Positions 27,298 to 38,050 of a stretch of 64,000 nucleotides of DNA are shown here, piece after piece. This stretch comes from Octopus sinensis (Eukaryota), in the NCBI RefSeq assembly GCF_006345805.1, contig NC_043006.1, positions 83,700,001 through 83,764,000 on the forward strand, written 5' to 3'. Each line of letters begins with the position of its first letter. Within the stretch, counting starts at the first letter, position 1. The position numbers and the translations under genes are program-made. Below the pieces are notes generated by a model, which was not told where the DNA came from, searched no databases, and worked only from the letters and a program-made list of their open reading frames with translations.

Positions 27298-27313
27298 CTA
27301 TGTATGTATGTGA

Positions 27314-27353
<40 letters not shown>

Positions 27354-27480
27354 CTATGTATGTATGTGAGTGTATATATATATATATATATATATGTAGG
27401 TCCCAGGTTGAGTCGGGGTTAACCACAGTAAATAAGGTACTCAATACATAGCAGAGTAAATTAATTTATTTTATAGAAGG

Positions 27481-27531
27481 AGCTTCTACAGGACTAGAAC
27501 TGTTTCATTCAGATGAAATCTTCAGGAAGCT
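27481..27531 (-). ncRNA. Compact type I hammerhead ribozyme candidate in left arm of a 68-bp palindrome
   Basis: AGCUUC CUGAAGA UUUC AUCU GAAU GAA ACAG UUCUAGUC CUGU A^GAAGCU. Stem I has 6 bp, stem III has 4 bp, the triplet is GUA, and there is U.U at 10.1-11.1. Confidence 0.65.
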
Positions 27532-27812
27532 GGCTGTCAAAATAAGGTCTGGTATTTATACCAGCTTCCTGAAGATTTCATCTGAATGAAAGTTCTAGTC
27601 CTGTAGAAGCTCCTTCTATAAAATAAATAAATATATATATATATATATATACCCTCCTTCTTCCATTTTCCTGAGCGCCTAATAATAATAATACTGTAAT
27701 TGTTCCACGTGTTGTTGTTTTTTCTGTTTTCCCGTTTGGATTAACCTTATATATATATATATATTATCCAAAAAGTACAATATTAAATATGTATTAAATA
27801 TCCATCATGGTT

Positions 27813-27897
27813 GATCTTACCAATCAGTTTCACATAACGAATACAATGGAGTGTTAGGTAATAACCTGATTAAATAACTTTACACTCATCAGAGTTA
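27813..27897 (-). ncRNA. Degenerate long-loop type I hammerhead downstream of the Penelope EN fragment
   Basis: AACU CUGAUGA GUGUAA [42 nt] UUAUGU GAAAC UGAUUG GUA^AGAU. The core is intact but the stems are wobble-rich or mismatched. Confidence 0.45.
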
Positions 27898-28329
27898 GCT
27901 GATATGGAAGGGAATATGGCAACTGCCCTCTATTGTTGGAGGTAGATTAGCACAACTGGTCAGCAGCTGCTGTAAAAAAAGGTGGTGAAATGAAAGAGAG
28001 GCCAGAGGATTAGGTTAGGAGTTATGTCCCTTGCTTGGATCGGCTGTGAAACGAGCAAGAGTTGTCTTGAAGTGGGGAAGATGTGTATTATCAATGTGGT
28101 GCTCCTGTGGGATTGGGGTGTTTGATATGTATAGTGGTGTCACATGCATGATTTTTTTCCAGGGGTGTAGGTATGTATAGTGCTGTATTCGTTGATCTGT
28201 TTTCTTTCTGTAAAGGATGAAGTCATGGGGGGTTTTTATGTTAGCATGTGTGTGTGCTTTGGTTAAACTCATTCGTGGAAGATCGTTGGTGGAGGATCGA
28301 GGGTCAAGTTAGGAGGCTTGTTGTTGCAG

Positions 28330-28610
28330 TCATGGTGGGGCATGCAGGTACGATAGGATGTACTTCCTTTCATGTGGGCAAGGATTAAACACCTCACTCC
28401 TACTATTTAGGTAGACATCCAGGTGTTGGGTACCTTTTAAAATTGCTCTCTTCTCAGCCAGGCATAATCTGCTCTTCCTGTCACTATTGAAGTATGATTT
28501 GCATTTTTCTAGGATCTTCTATATTATGCTGTACTCCACGGTCCTTTCTTTCAAAGCCCAGATGTGCTCAGCTAGGGCTGTGACATTATATCTCTCTGGG
28601 ATGTTGAAGG
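28330..28610 (-). mobile_element. Penelope-like element: C-terminal GIY-YIG endonuclease fragment (pseudogenised)
   Basis: FNIPERYNVTALAEHIWALKERTVEYSII*KILEKCKSY...RLCLAEKRAIL...LNSRSEVFNPCPHERK matches the Penelope EN C-terminal pattern T-x-L-x2-(H/Y)IW-x-LK...LCL-x-EK...LN-x-R-x-E...C-x-H. It has one in-frame stop where W is expected. Confidence 0.78.
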
Positions 28611-29093
28611 TATATATATATATATATACACGCATCCACACACACATATATGGATCCATATACATGCACATACATACACACTCACATGCACAGACATACA
28701 CGCATCTCCACATGCACACACACATTCCCACTCCATCAACACATACATACCAACAGACACACACACACCTGTAACTATAGCTACTGACCTCTCAGAACGA
28801 CATTAACAAAGACGCACTCAGATCCTACCAACAACACACACACACACAGACTACTCACACAAACACACACACACACAGCTTTCACCACACGCGCACACAC
28901 TACCCCGCATACACACACACACGCAGTTACTGTCACACACACACACACATCTATACCGACCATCTTCACACTCTCCTATCCCAGAAAGCACTTTCTCTTC
29001 CTCCATCTACTTCTAGACACTTCAGAAATGTAACCGCACGTGAACTGCTGGCAATTTTTTCTCCTTCTTCTTCTTTGTTTGTTTTTTTTTCCT

Positions 29094-29128
29094 GTTTCTG
29101 AGGAAGAGCTATGCTCGAAACGTAAAAC
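29094..29128 (+). ncRNA. Minimal type I hammerhead motif
   Basis: UGUUU CUGAGGA A GAGC UAU GCUC GAAAC GUA^AAACA. There is an extra A after A9, and the loopless palindromic stem III (ACGU) implies a dimeric fold. Confidence 0.62.
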
Positions 29129-29470
29129 AACAACTCCCTTCTTTCTCTGAGTGTCATATTATATACATTACTTTTGCTACATCTTCACCTTTGCTTGTTT
29201 TCTTCTGCCTTTTAATTGGCTATATATATATATATATACATAAAAGTTAGATAAGGCCGGTTTATGGGATAACCTTAGGTTTCACGCCATAAAGCCAGGC
29301 CCTTTATAGACGTCAAATCTAAGGTAATCCCATAAACTGGCCTTATCTAACTGTAATATATACTGGTCTATAACTTAGAGTGTGCTTCTTTTTTCGGATT
29401 TATGTTTACGGACGATCCATATATGTACACACACGCACACATACACACACACTTTTTGTCCGCTCACTCG

Positions 29471-29504
<34 letters not shown>

Positions 29505-29505
<1 letters not shown>

Positions 29506-30014
29506 TAGCAGTATCGCCCGGCGTTGCTCGGGTTTGTAAGGGAAATAACTATATAAGCATTTTTAGAGAGTTACTTCCCTTATAGATGCCAATTCGGGCT
29601 TTCTTAGCCATTTCTGTTTTGGTGTCTTCAAGCCATGAAGTCGTTGTTCTAAAAGAACGCTGGTCTCCTTGACAACGCTTTACGACGTTGATTTCCTTAC
29701 ACTCCCTTCCCCACAGATTCACGAGGGAGGGAAGAAGGGGGAGAAGCAAACAAGTGCACGTGTGACCATGGACGCCAACTCCGCCGCCATCGACACACGA
29801 AAAATTATGTATTAAAATGGAATAAAAAATGATGTTAAATTATTTTTAAAATCGTAGGCTCATCGTAGACGCGCGCTAATACTCAGACGGGCTCGATATG
29901 AATCACGACTATAAGATACCCGAATTTGGTTAAACTGCACCGCAAAATGTGGGAGTAGTTAGGAATCTAAATCGAAGGGGACAGACACTCACACAACTAC
30001 AGTTTTATATAGAT
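29505..30014 (-). mobile_element. Non-autonomous Helitron-type element sharing the 3' end with 11251-11626
   Basis: actagcagtatcgcccggcgttgctcgggtttgtaagggaaataact is the reverse complement of the 11580-11627 end. The interior is unrelated, and the 5' end reads TCTATATAAAA. Confidence 0.7.
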
Positions 30015-30641
30015 AGATAGATATATCTCCGAGTGAGCGGACAAACGAAAGGGCGCTCAACAAATTTATTGGGAGTTACGTGTGTGTGTGTACTGAATGG
30101 CAATGAAAGTCCAGCAAAGTAAAATAGGAATTAAAGGGGTTCATAGACAAAAGATAACAAAAAAAAGCAAGATTGAGAACCATTTATCTAATGTATCCTT
30201 ACGTTTTTAAAACAGTAAAGTGTGGCTTCGGGATGATTCGCTGCTATTTCTAGTAGGTCGAGATATTGATGTAAACGTAGAGGCTTTTTAGTGCGTTTGA
30301 CAAAGAAAGAAAAAAAGACCGGGAGGAGAAAAGAGAAAGAAACTAACATAGAGGGAGGTGAATGAGCATCAGTGAGATAGAGAAAGTGAGGCAGTGCGAA
30401 AGTGAATAAGATATATTATACAGGCAGAGGGAGAGAAAATGAGAGAAGTGAGTAAGAGTGAGAGAATTAAGAACTGAGAAACAGACAGAGTGAAAAAGAA
30501 AACGTGAGAGAAAAACAGGGGAAGAAAGCGTAAAAGGAGTATGATGTGTGTGTGAGAGAGAGAGAGGGGGGTGAAGAAAGAAAGAAAGATACACGGAGAG
30601 AAAATTATTTGAAGCGACACATTTGTAGATTTATTTCCATC

Positions 30642-30973
30642 ATGTCAGTAGTTTTATCAAACATGGAAGAAATGGAGGTACTGGATCGCGAAAGAGAGGA
30701 GACCAATGATGACGGCGATGATGACGATGATGATGATGGAAATAAAAGTGCAAATGATATGCAAATAGAAGATGGCGAAAAAGGCGGTAGGAAAAGTGAA
30801 AATAATTTAGCCGCACCCTGTTTAAATCACAATTTTGTCGGCGATGATGCAGACAATGATGATGATAATAATAATGATGAGAAAATTCTCTACTCGCGTT
30901 GTTTCGGTCGAAGATGCTACTTTGCCGATCTTTTGTCTTATTTTCGAAGTTCCTTTTCAACGTGCCGACAAAG
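30642..30973 (+). CDS. Probable first coding exon of SLC16/MCT-like transporter (acidic, Cys-containing cytosolic N-terminus)
   Basis: The open frame MSVVLSNMEEMEVLDRERE...STCRQ runs from the ATG at 30642 to a donor AAG|GTAAAT (GT at 30974). Its 332 nt give phase 2, matching the phase-2 acceptor at 52447 (AG+C = Ser), and the joined protein reads ...STCRQSIAQCSRIQLFK. The link across a 21.5-kb intron is inferred from phase and composition only. Confidence 0.6.
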
Positions 30974-32304
30974 GTAAATATAATATATACGGGTACCCTC
31001 GCTTTTACTATCCGAAATTCACCGTTATTTTTTTAATGCAGTCCTATGTATGTAATTTTTTAAAAATCTGTTTTGGTAATTAATTTCCTAGGAACTAAAA
31101 ATATACCGGTTTTCTTTTTTTAATTTGGATGATTATTTAGTCTTTATTTTGCAATTAAGAATTTTAGCATCGATGATCGAATATATTTTGATGGCGAATA
31201 CCTATTTCTTTATTGCCCACAAGGGGTTAAACATAGAGGGGACAAACAAGGACAGACATAGGTATTAAGTCGATTACATCGACCCCAGTGCGTAACGGGT
31301 ACTTAACTTATCGACCCCGAAAGGGTGAAAGGCAAAGTCGACCTCGTATTACCAATTAGTTCAATACCTTACTGTTTCACTGTAGGCCGACTTAACGGCT
31401 TATCTTTAATTAACTGCAGCTGCTAATTGCAGAGTGAGTTACCTTAAAAATCAATTAAGGAAGCTAAATTTCTTAATTTAAAAAAAAAAAGAAAGAATGA
31501 AAAGAAAATTAAATAAATACAAAAACTTTTAAAAGCGAAACCTCAGCTCCTGGAGAACTAACGAACTAGTTATAGATATAAATGCATACATATTTGTATA
31601 GAACCATATTAAATGACAGACTAATTTGAATTTTGGACCGCAAAGGCGAAGATACCCCCCGGCATTGTTTCTTTCGTCTATGTAAGGCTGTACCGGGTGG
31701 TCCCAAAGTCTTGTCACCCCTACCGAAAAGTAACAAGAACAATAGAGAAATCTGAAATAGAAAATTAAAACAATATATATATATATAAATTGTATATAAA
31801 TTTACTTTAAAGATGGTATAATTAATATAATAATATTTGGTGAAAACGAACGTAGTTTACAAAATAGATAAATAAATAAATGAACTGAAGAAGTGCTGGG
31901 GATGAGGGTGAATTATGAAATCAGTAAATTATTGGAGCAAAGACGTGCACTTTTTCGATCGAATTGCACCATCAGGGGAAACTACTGCACTTAATTAAAA
32001 GAATTTTTGCGATACCTCTGCAAATAGAAATAAAAGTTGGCGGTGGGGGAAGCGAGCTGCTCACTCTGTTACGGAATATAGAAGTAGTAGTTGTAGTAGT
32101 AGAGTCCCAGGTCAGCCTTTGATTCGGCTGCTCGAGCAATGATCAGAGGCGTTCCTCTCGCGATTACCCCGTATCTTTTGTACATCGGGTGACTTCTACA
32201 TTCTCCGAATGATTCTCTCTCTCTCGCTTTATATTTTAAGATAGTAAAGAGGCTTGCTGCTTCTAACGAAAGAACACCAAGTCGAATGACCACGGGTGGA
32301 AAGG

Positions 32305-32716
32305 CTTATATAGATATATGTGCATGGAAAATGTATGTATATGCGTGTGTATTCAAGCATTCACTCCGGTTTGACGTCTTATTGATATATATTATCCCTT
32401 TTTTTCTTTTTCTTTAAACTGCCGTTTAAATATATATAGATATATAAAATGCACGCGTGTTAAATGCCAGATTACAACTTGGTGAGGTCGAAAGCCATAG
32501 GAATCTTCCAGTCTTCCAAGTTGAAACAGTACACCAGAATGTCATAGAAGTGGGAAAAAACACGCGTGCATTTTATATATCTATATATATTTAAACGGCA
32601 GTTTAAAGAAAAAGAAAAAAAAGGGATAATATATATCAATAAGACGTCAAACCGGAGTGAATGCTTGAATACACACGCATATACATACATTTTCCATGCA
32701 CATATATCTATATAAG
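32305..32716. repeat. 157/158-bp near-perfect inverted repeat with 97-bp spacer
   Basis: Arms 32305-32461 and 32559-32716 differ only by one base in an A/T run. Confidence 0.95.
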
Positions 32717-32925
32717 AACGGCATAAACGATGTAATATATACATGTTATGACAGGCATACACGTGCGCGTAATGTATATAAAGTTAAATCTATTTAAAAG
32801 TATACTCGTTCTACTTAGCAAATATTGACTTCTATCCTGTTTCTATCATATAATCTCTATTTCTTTCCGTGTATTTGTACCGCATAACCTCAATGTGTGA
32901 ATTTTTGTACCACTTAAATTTATCT

Positions 32926-33046
32926 ATAATAATAATAATAATAATAATAAAACATTGTGTACAGTGCTCAGGTGCACTACAACTCATCTAAAGTGTATAT
33001 ATAATCAGGTGTAGTTTCGGCGGTTTTCGGAAAGCATGAGGGCCTT
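32926..33046 (-). mobile_element. Severely 5'-truncated copy (~120 bp) of the same CR1 LINE 3' end
   Basis: tacagtgctcaggtgcactacaactcatctaaagtgtatatataatcaggtgtagtttcg... is nearly identical to 21764-21850 and carries the same (AAT)n tail. Confidence 0.88.
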
Positions 33047-35042
33047 TCTATGTATATGTGTGTGTGTGAAATTATTTCAAAATAATTTGGTTACTTATTG
33101 TTAAATGCCAGATTACAACTTGGTGAGGTCGAAAGCCATAGGAATCTTCCAAGTTGAAACATTACACCAGAATGTCATAGAAATGGAAAACACATATGCC
33201 TGAAACTTGATACGCCAATTAAATGCCAGCTAGCTGTACGTGATTGGTCAGAAATTTGACAGTACGCTCGTGTATGTGCACACGCACGCAGCTGTATATG
33301 CATGCACTAGCATTATGACCCGGCATTGCCGGGTCATAGTGCTAGTAATAAATAAAATGATAAAATATATATGGCATTAGGAAGGGCATCCAGCAGTAGA
33401 AACCATGCTTTATCTGATGCAGCTCTCCAGTTTACCAGTTTCAAATTGTCTAACCCATACCAGCATAGAAAGCAGATGTTAAATGATGATGATGATGATG
33501 CTGATTATATATATATATATATATATATAATTTATATATATATTTATATATCTGTAAATGTAATATGTGACAATTACTCGGTAGCCATGATAAAACTCTG
33601 AGTTTCGGATGCCAGAAGAGATGGCGGTGTGGATTTCCACCTCGGCATCTAAAACCCGGAGTTTTATCATGGCTACCGAGTAATTGTCACATATTACATT
33701 TACAGATAAATTCCTCTATTTACATAATATCGAGGTCTCTTTCATTCTTTTGTTGTCTTACCATTTTCTATCAATATATATATATATACACACACACAAA
33801 TTCAGAGAATGGAGTAGAGAAAATTAAAATCCAGGTTACATATGTTTCTAGCTAGCTGAATCATCATCATCATCGTTTAACGTCCACTTTCCATGCTGGC
33901 ATGGGTTGGACAGTTTGACTGAAAACTGGTAAGCCCGGGTGGGGTATGGGCTGCTGCTGCACCAAGTTCCAATCTGATTTGGCAATGTTTCTACAGCTGG
34001 ATACTCTTCCTAACTCCAACCACTCTGAGAGTGTAGTGGGTGCTTTCTATGTACCACCGGCATAGGTACCATTGACCTGACACCAGCATCTGCCACAACT
34101 ACAGTCTTACTTGGCTTGACAGGTCAACACAAGCACAGCAGATTGCCAAGGGCCTTGGTCACCTGTCACTGCTTTCACGAGGCTCAGCACTCGAGTGGTG
34201 CTTTTAGGTGCTACCAGCACAGGTGCCAGTCAGACGGCACTGTTATCGGTCGTGACTACAATTTCACTCGGTCCAACAGGTTTTCACAAGCACAACATAT
34301 TGCCAAACTATTGAAGGGTGCTACCTGCCACTGGCACAGGTGCCAGTCAGACGGTACTGGCATTGGTGGCAAACTGGCAGAAACGTTAGCATGCCGGGCG
34401 AAATGCGTAGCCGTATTTCATCTGCCGTTACGTTCTGAGTTCAACTTTGCCTTTCATCCTTTCGGGGTCAATAAATTAAGTACCAGTTATGCACTGGGGT
34501 CGATGTAATCCGTTTGTCTGTCCTTGTTTGTCCCCTCTGTGTTTAACCCCTTGTGGGTATTAAAGAAATAGGTCCTGGCATTGGCCACAACTACAATTTC
34601 ACTCAGTTCAACAAGGCCTTCACAAGCACAGCATTCAATGATTGAAGGGTGCTTCTAATGGGCCAGTTAAACAAAACTAGCATCAGTTACGTCTACAATC
34701 TCACTTGGCTTGAACATAGTTGGTGTGTTTACATCACTATAATTAGCAAAAAGAGACCAATAGAATGTGCACCAAGGTCAATTTGTGCAACTGAAATTTA
34801 TCAAGGTGGCACCCCAACATGACCACAGTCCAATGACTGATACGAGTAAAAAATAAAAAAATAATAGTTGTTTTTCATGAACTGAATGTTTTCTTTGCAG
34901 GCACCTTTCCAGATGACATTTTAAATAATTTTGGGACTCATACCCCCCACATACACAGCATGTAAAAGTAGGAAGGCTAGATAAAGTTTCTGCACTTATC
35001 ACCTGACAACAGCCACTCTGGCAACAGTAAATGATAATACGT

Positions 35043-35370
35043 GGAGGCACAATGGCCCAGTGGTAAGGGCAGCGGACTCCGTTCGGAGGATCGTGGTTTC
35101 GATTTCCAGACCAGGCGTTGTGTGTGTTTATTGAACGAAAACACCTAAAGCTCCACGAGGCTCTGGCAGTGGATGGTGGCGACCCCTGTTGTACTCTTTC
35201 ACCCCAACTTTCTCTCACTCTTTCTTCCTGTTTCTTGAGTAACGCTGCGATGGACTGGCGTCCCATCCAGCTGGGGGTGAATACATATGCCATAGAAACT
35301 GGGAAACCGGGCCCATGAGCCTGGCTAGGCTTGAAAAGGGCGCATAAATAATAAAAAATAAAAAAATAAT
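35043..35370 (+). mobile_element. tRNA-derived SINE with V-domain-like segment (copies 49470-49775, truncated 51057-51225)
   Basis: A/B boxes (TGGCCCAGTGG, GTTTCGATTTCC), a gctgcgatggactggcgtcccatccag segment resembling the V-SINE domain (recalled), and an A-rich tail. Confidence 0.7.
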
Positions 35371-36100
35371 AATACAGCAAGCTTTTTTCCAGGATTACAT
35401 TTGTAGAAAAATTGGCAACTTAGGCTAAAGTGATTCTGGCTATCCGTGAAGTGATTTAGCCCATGCCAAATAACCCATTCCTTGGGTTTCAAACTCCATA
35501 GAATCCTACTAAATAGTTGTTGATGATTAGCTAAGTTCATGTGTTCTCTTGATATATCGTGTGTTCTGCTAGGTTTCTAGCAACATACATCACCAGGCCA
35601 GCATGTAATGCTTGTTTAGTCACTGATTTCTAACCATGAAACATGGATTGCCAGTAGCATACACAACCAACCTCTCATTAATTACTATTATTGGTGAGCT
35701 GGTAGAATCATTAACAGCATTCCGTCTCTGTCTTTGCATTCTGAGTTCAAATTCCACTGAGGTCAACTTTACTGTTCAATCTTTAATGGGTAGGGTGGTC
35801 AATAAAATTAAGTACCAGTTGGTCACTGGTGTCAGTGTAATCAACTTACCCCCACCCCCGAAATTGCTGGCCTTGTGCCAATATTTGAAATCATTATTAT
35901 TATTGCTATCACTTGAGTCATTGAGCATCAGGAAATATGCTTAGCAATATTTCTTCTAACTTTATGTTCTAGGCTAACTTTTCCTTTCATCCTTTCGAGG
36001 TCAATAAAATAAGTACCAGTTGAACACTGAGGTTAATGTAATCAGTTTATCCCTTCACTTGAAATTGATGGCCTTGTGCCAAAATTTGAAATAATAATTA

Positions 36101-36467
36101 TTATCTCCAGCTTGGTGAAGGCAGAAGTATTGTTTTTAGTTGTGTTTGTTTATATGTCCGTGGACAAGATATCTCAAGAACCACTGGATAGATTCAGATG
36201 AAACTTTCAGGGATGTTTGGCCTCGTGATTGGTGGCATGAACTGATTAGATTTTGGGATCAATCTGGTACCAGACAAAGATTCTACATTATTTTTCCTGC
36301 TTTTTTACTTTATTTTTGAGAGCAGTAGGGTTGATTTTTAGTATTCTCGTTTGTGAGAGCAGTCAAGTTTATTTCAGATATTCTCATTTAAAAATTATCT
36401 CTGGCTAATCATTGAGAGGACATTGGCATTGCCTTGGCAGAGGTTTGCACTCTCTGAGTGCTCTTGT
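36101..36467 (+). mobile_element. Helentron-associated (HINE/DINE-1-like) element
   Basis: Subterminal inverted motif ttatctccagcttgg... / gccttggcagaggtttgcactctctgagtgctc, with the internal ...gattcagatgaaactttcaggg typical of this class (recalled consensus). Confidence 0.55.
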
Positions 36468-37404
36468 TATTATTATCTTCTATAATATTATTGTATGCGT
36501 TTCTGTCTTTTTGTCTGCTTTGTAAATATATTAAACTTATGCTAAGGGAGGCAATAACTTGAATGGAATAACATTTAGAGCTGGGAGGAGGAGAAAGGGA
36601 GACTGGAAGAGAGAGAGGGAGGAACTCTATGTACTATTCTGCCTTTGTTCAAATCACAGCTACGGTCGAAATGTTTAACATAATGACACAACGTCATGAA
36701 GAATTAAAAGATATATCAATAGATAGCTAACTTAAAATGAAATAACCTTAGCTAAGAGCTGTGGATGTTACACTTTTATCTTTTGCATGTTTCAGGACAA
36801 AGGCTGTGGCCTTGCTGGAGCACTGCCATTATTCATTTAGTTTTTGTTATTTGGTTTAAATTCTTATTGGTATTATGAGTTTTACAGATACAGAAGGTAG
36901 ATAAACCAAAAGACAGATAGACATGTATGTAGGTGAGTCTACAGATATATCAACAGATATGCAGATAGAGAGATGACAGATATACAAATAGATCAGCAGC
37001 TGAACTGAAATGAAAATAATCTCAATTAGTAAATAATTGAACTGAGCCTAGATGGTAGTTGGGCCATATAGTTTTGTATAGTTATATATATATATATAAC
37101 AAAGCAGGGAAACACGTCCACGTAGATATACAGTGTGCAGTGAATAAATTGTCATCTAAATTACGCAAAAATGAAAATAATACTGGCATCTCATTTTATC
37201 AGATATATTTACCAAAATTGCATTAAAATATCTTGAAATACTAAAGAGTAAATTTCATCATCATCATTATTTAATGTCTGCTTTCCATGCTAGCATGGGT
37301 TGGACGATTTGACTGAGGACTGTCAAACCAGATGGCTGCACCAGGCTCCAATCTGATCTGCCAGAGTTCTACAGCTAGATGCCCTTCCTAACACCAACCA
37401 CTCC

Positions 37405-38050
37405 GATTCAATAAAATTGCCATTGGCTCAACCATGGCCCCCAGATGAGATTTTTGAATCTCTTGCAACTCTTCTGAACGGTCTCCTTGTTAATGTTGGT
37501 GAATGCTGCCATAATCCTTGCCTTCAGTTCATCTTTGTTGTTACAAGGAGTTTTGTTGGTCTCTTACTCAACTTCAACCCCCCCCCCCCGCACAATAATC
37601 AAGGGGGTTGCAGTTTGGGGAGTTAGGTGGCCAGATGTTAGGGTTGATGTAGTCACAGAAATTGTCTGACAGCCACGACTGGGTTCTCTTGCTTGTGAGG
37701 CATGGTGCAGAGTCCTGTTGCCAGACATAGGGTCTTCCAGCAGCCACCCGCTTGAGCCAGGGCAGCACTACCTCTTCCAAGCACTTGATGTAAGTCTCTG
37801 TGTTGAGTTTGAGATCTTGTGAGAAGATGAATTGAAGCATAACATCACCATCACTAGCGATCACTCCAAACACCATGATATTGACTGGATGTTGGATTTT
37901 TTATCGCACTTGGTACATGTCCTCAGATTGACACCCCAACACTCTGAAATGTTTATATTGGAGCTTCCAGTGCAAATGCCAAGCAGTACAGCAAGTCATT
38001 TCCAAATTTCTGGCAGAGTGAATTGCATCATGGTGCTGTTTTTCTCACAG
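37405..38050 (-). mobile_element. maT/DD37D Tc1-mariner transposase remnant
   Basis: ORF 37574-37876: MVFGVIASDGDVM...YVWQQDSAPCLTSKRTQSWL...WPPNSPNCNPLDY, typical of DD37D transposases. Confidence 0.82.
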
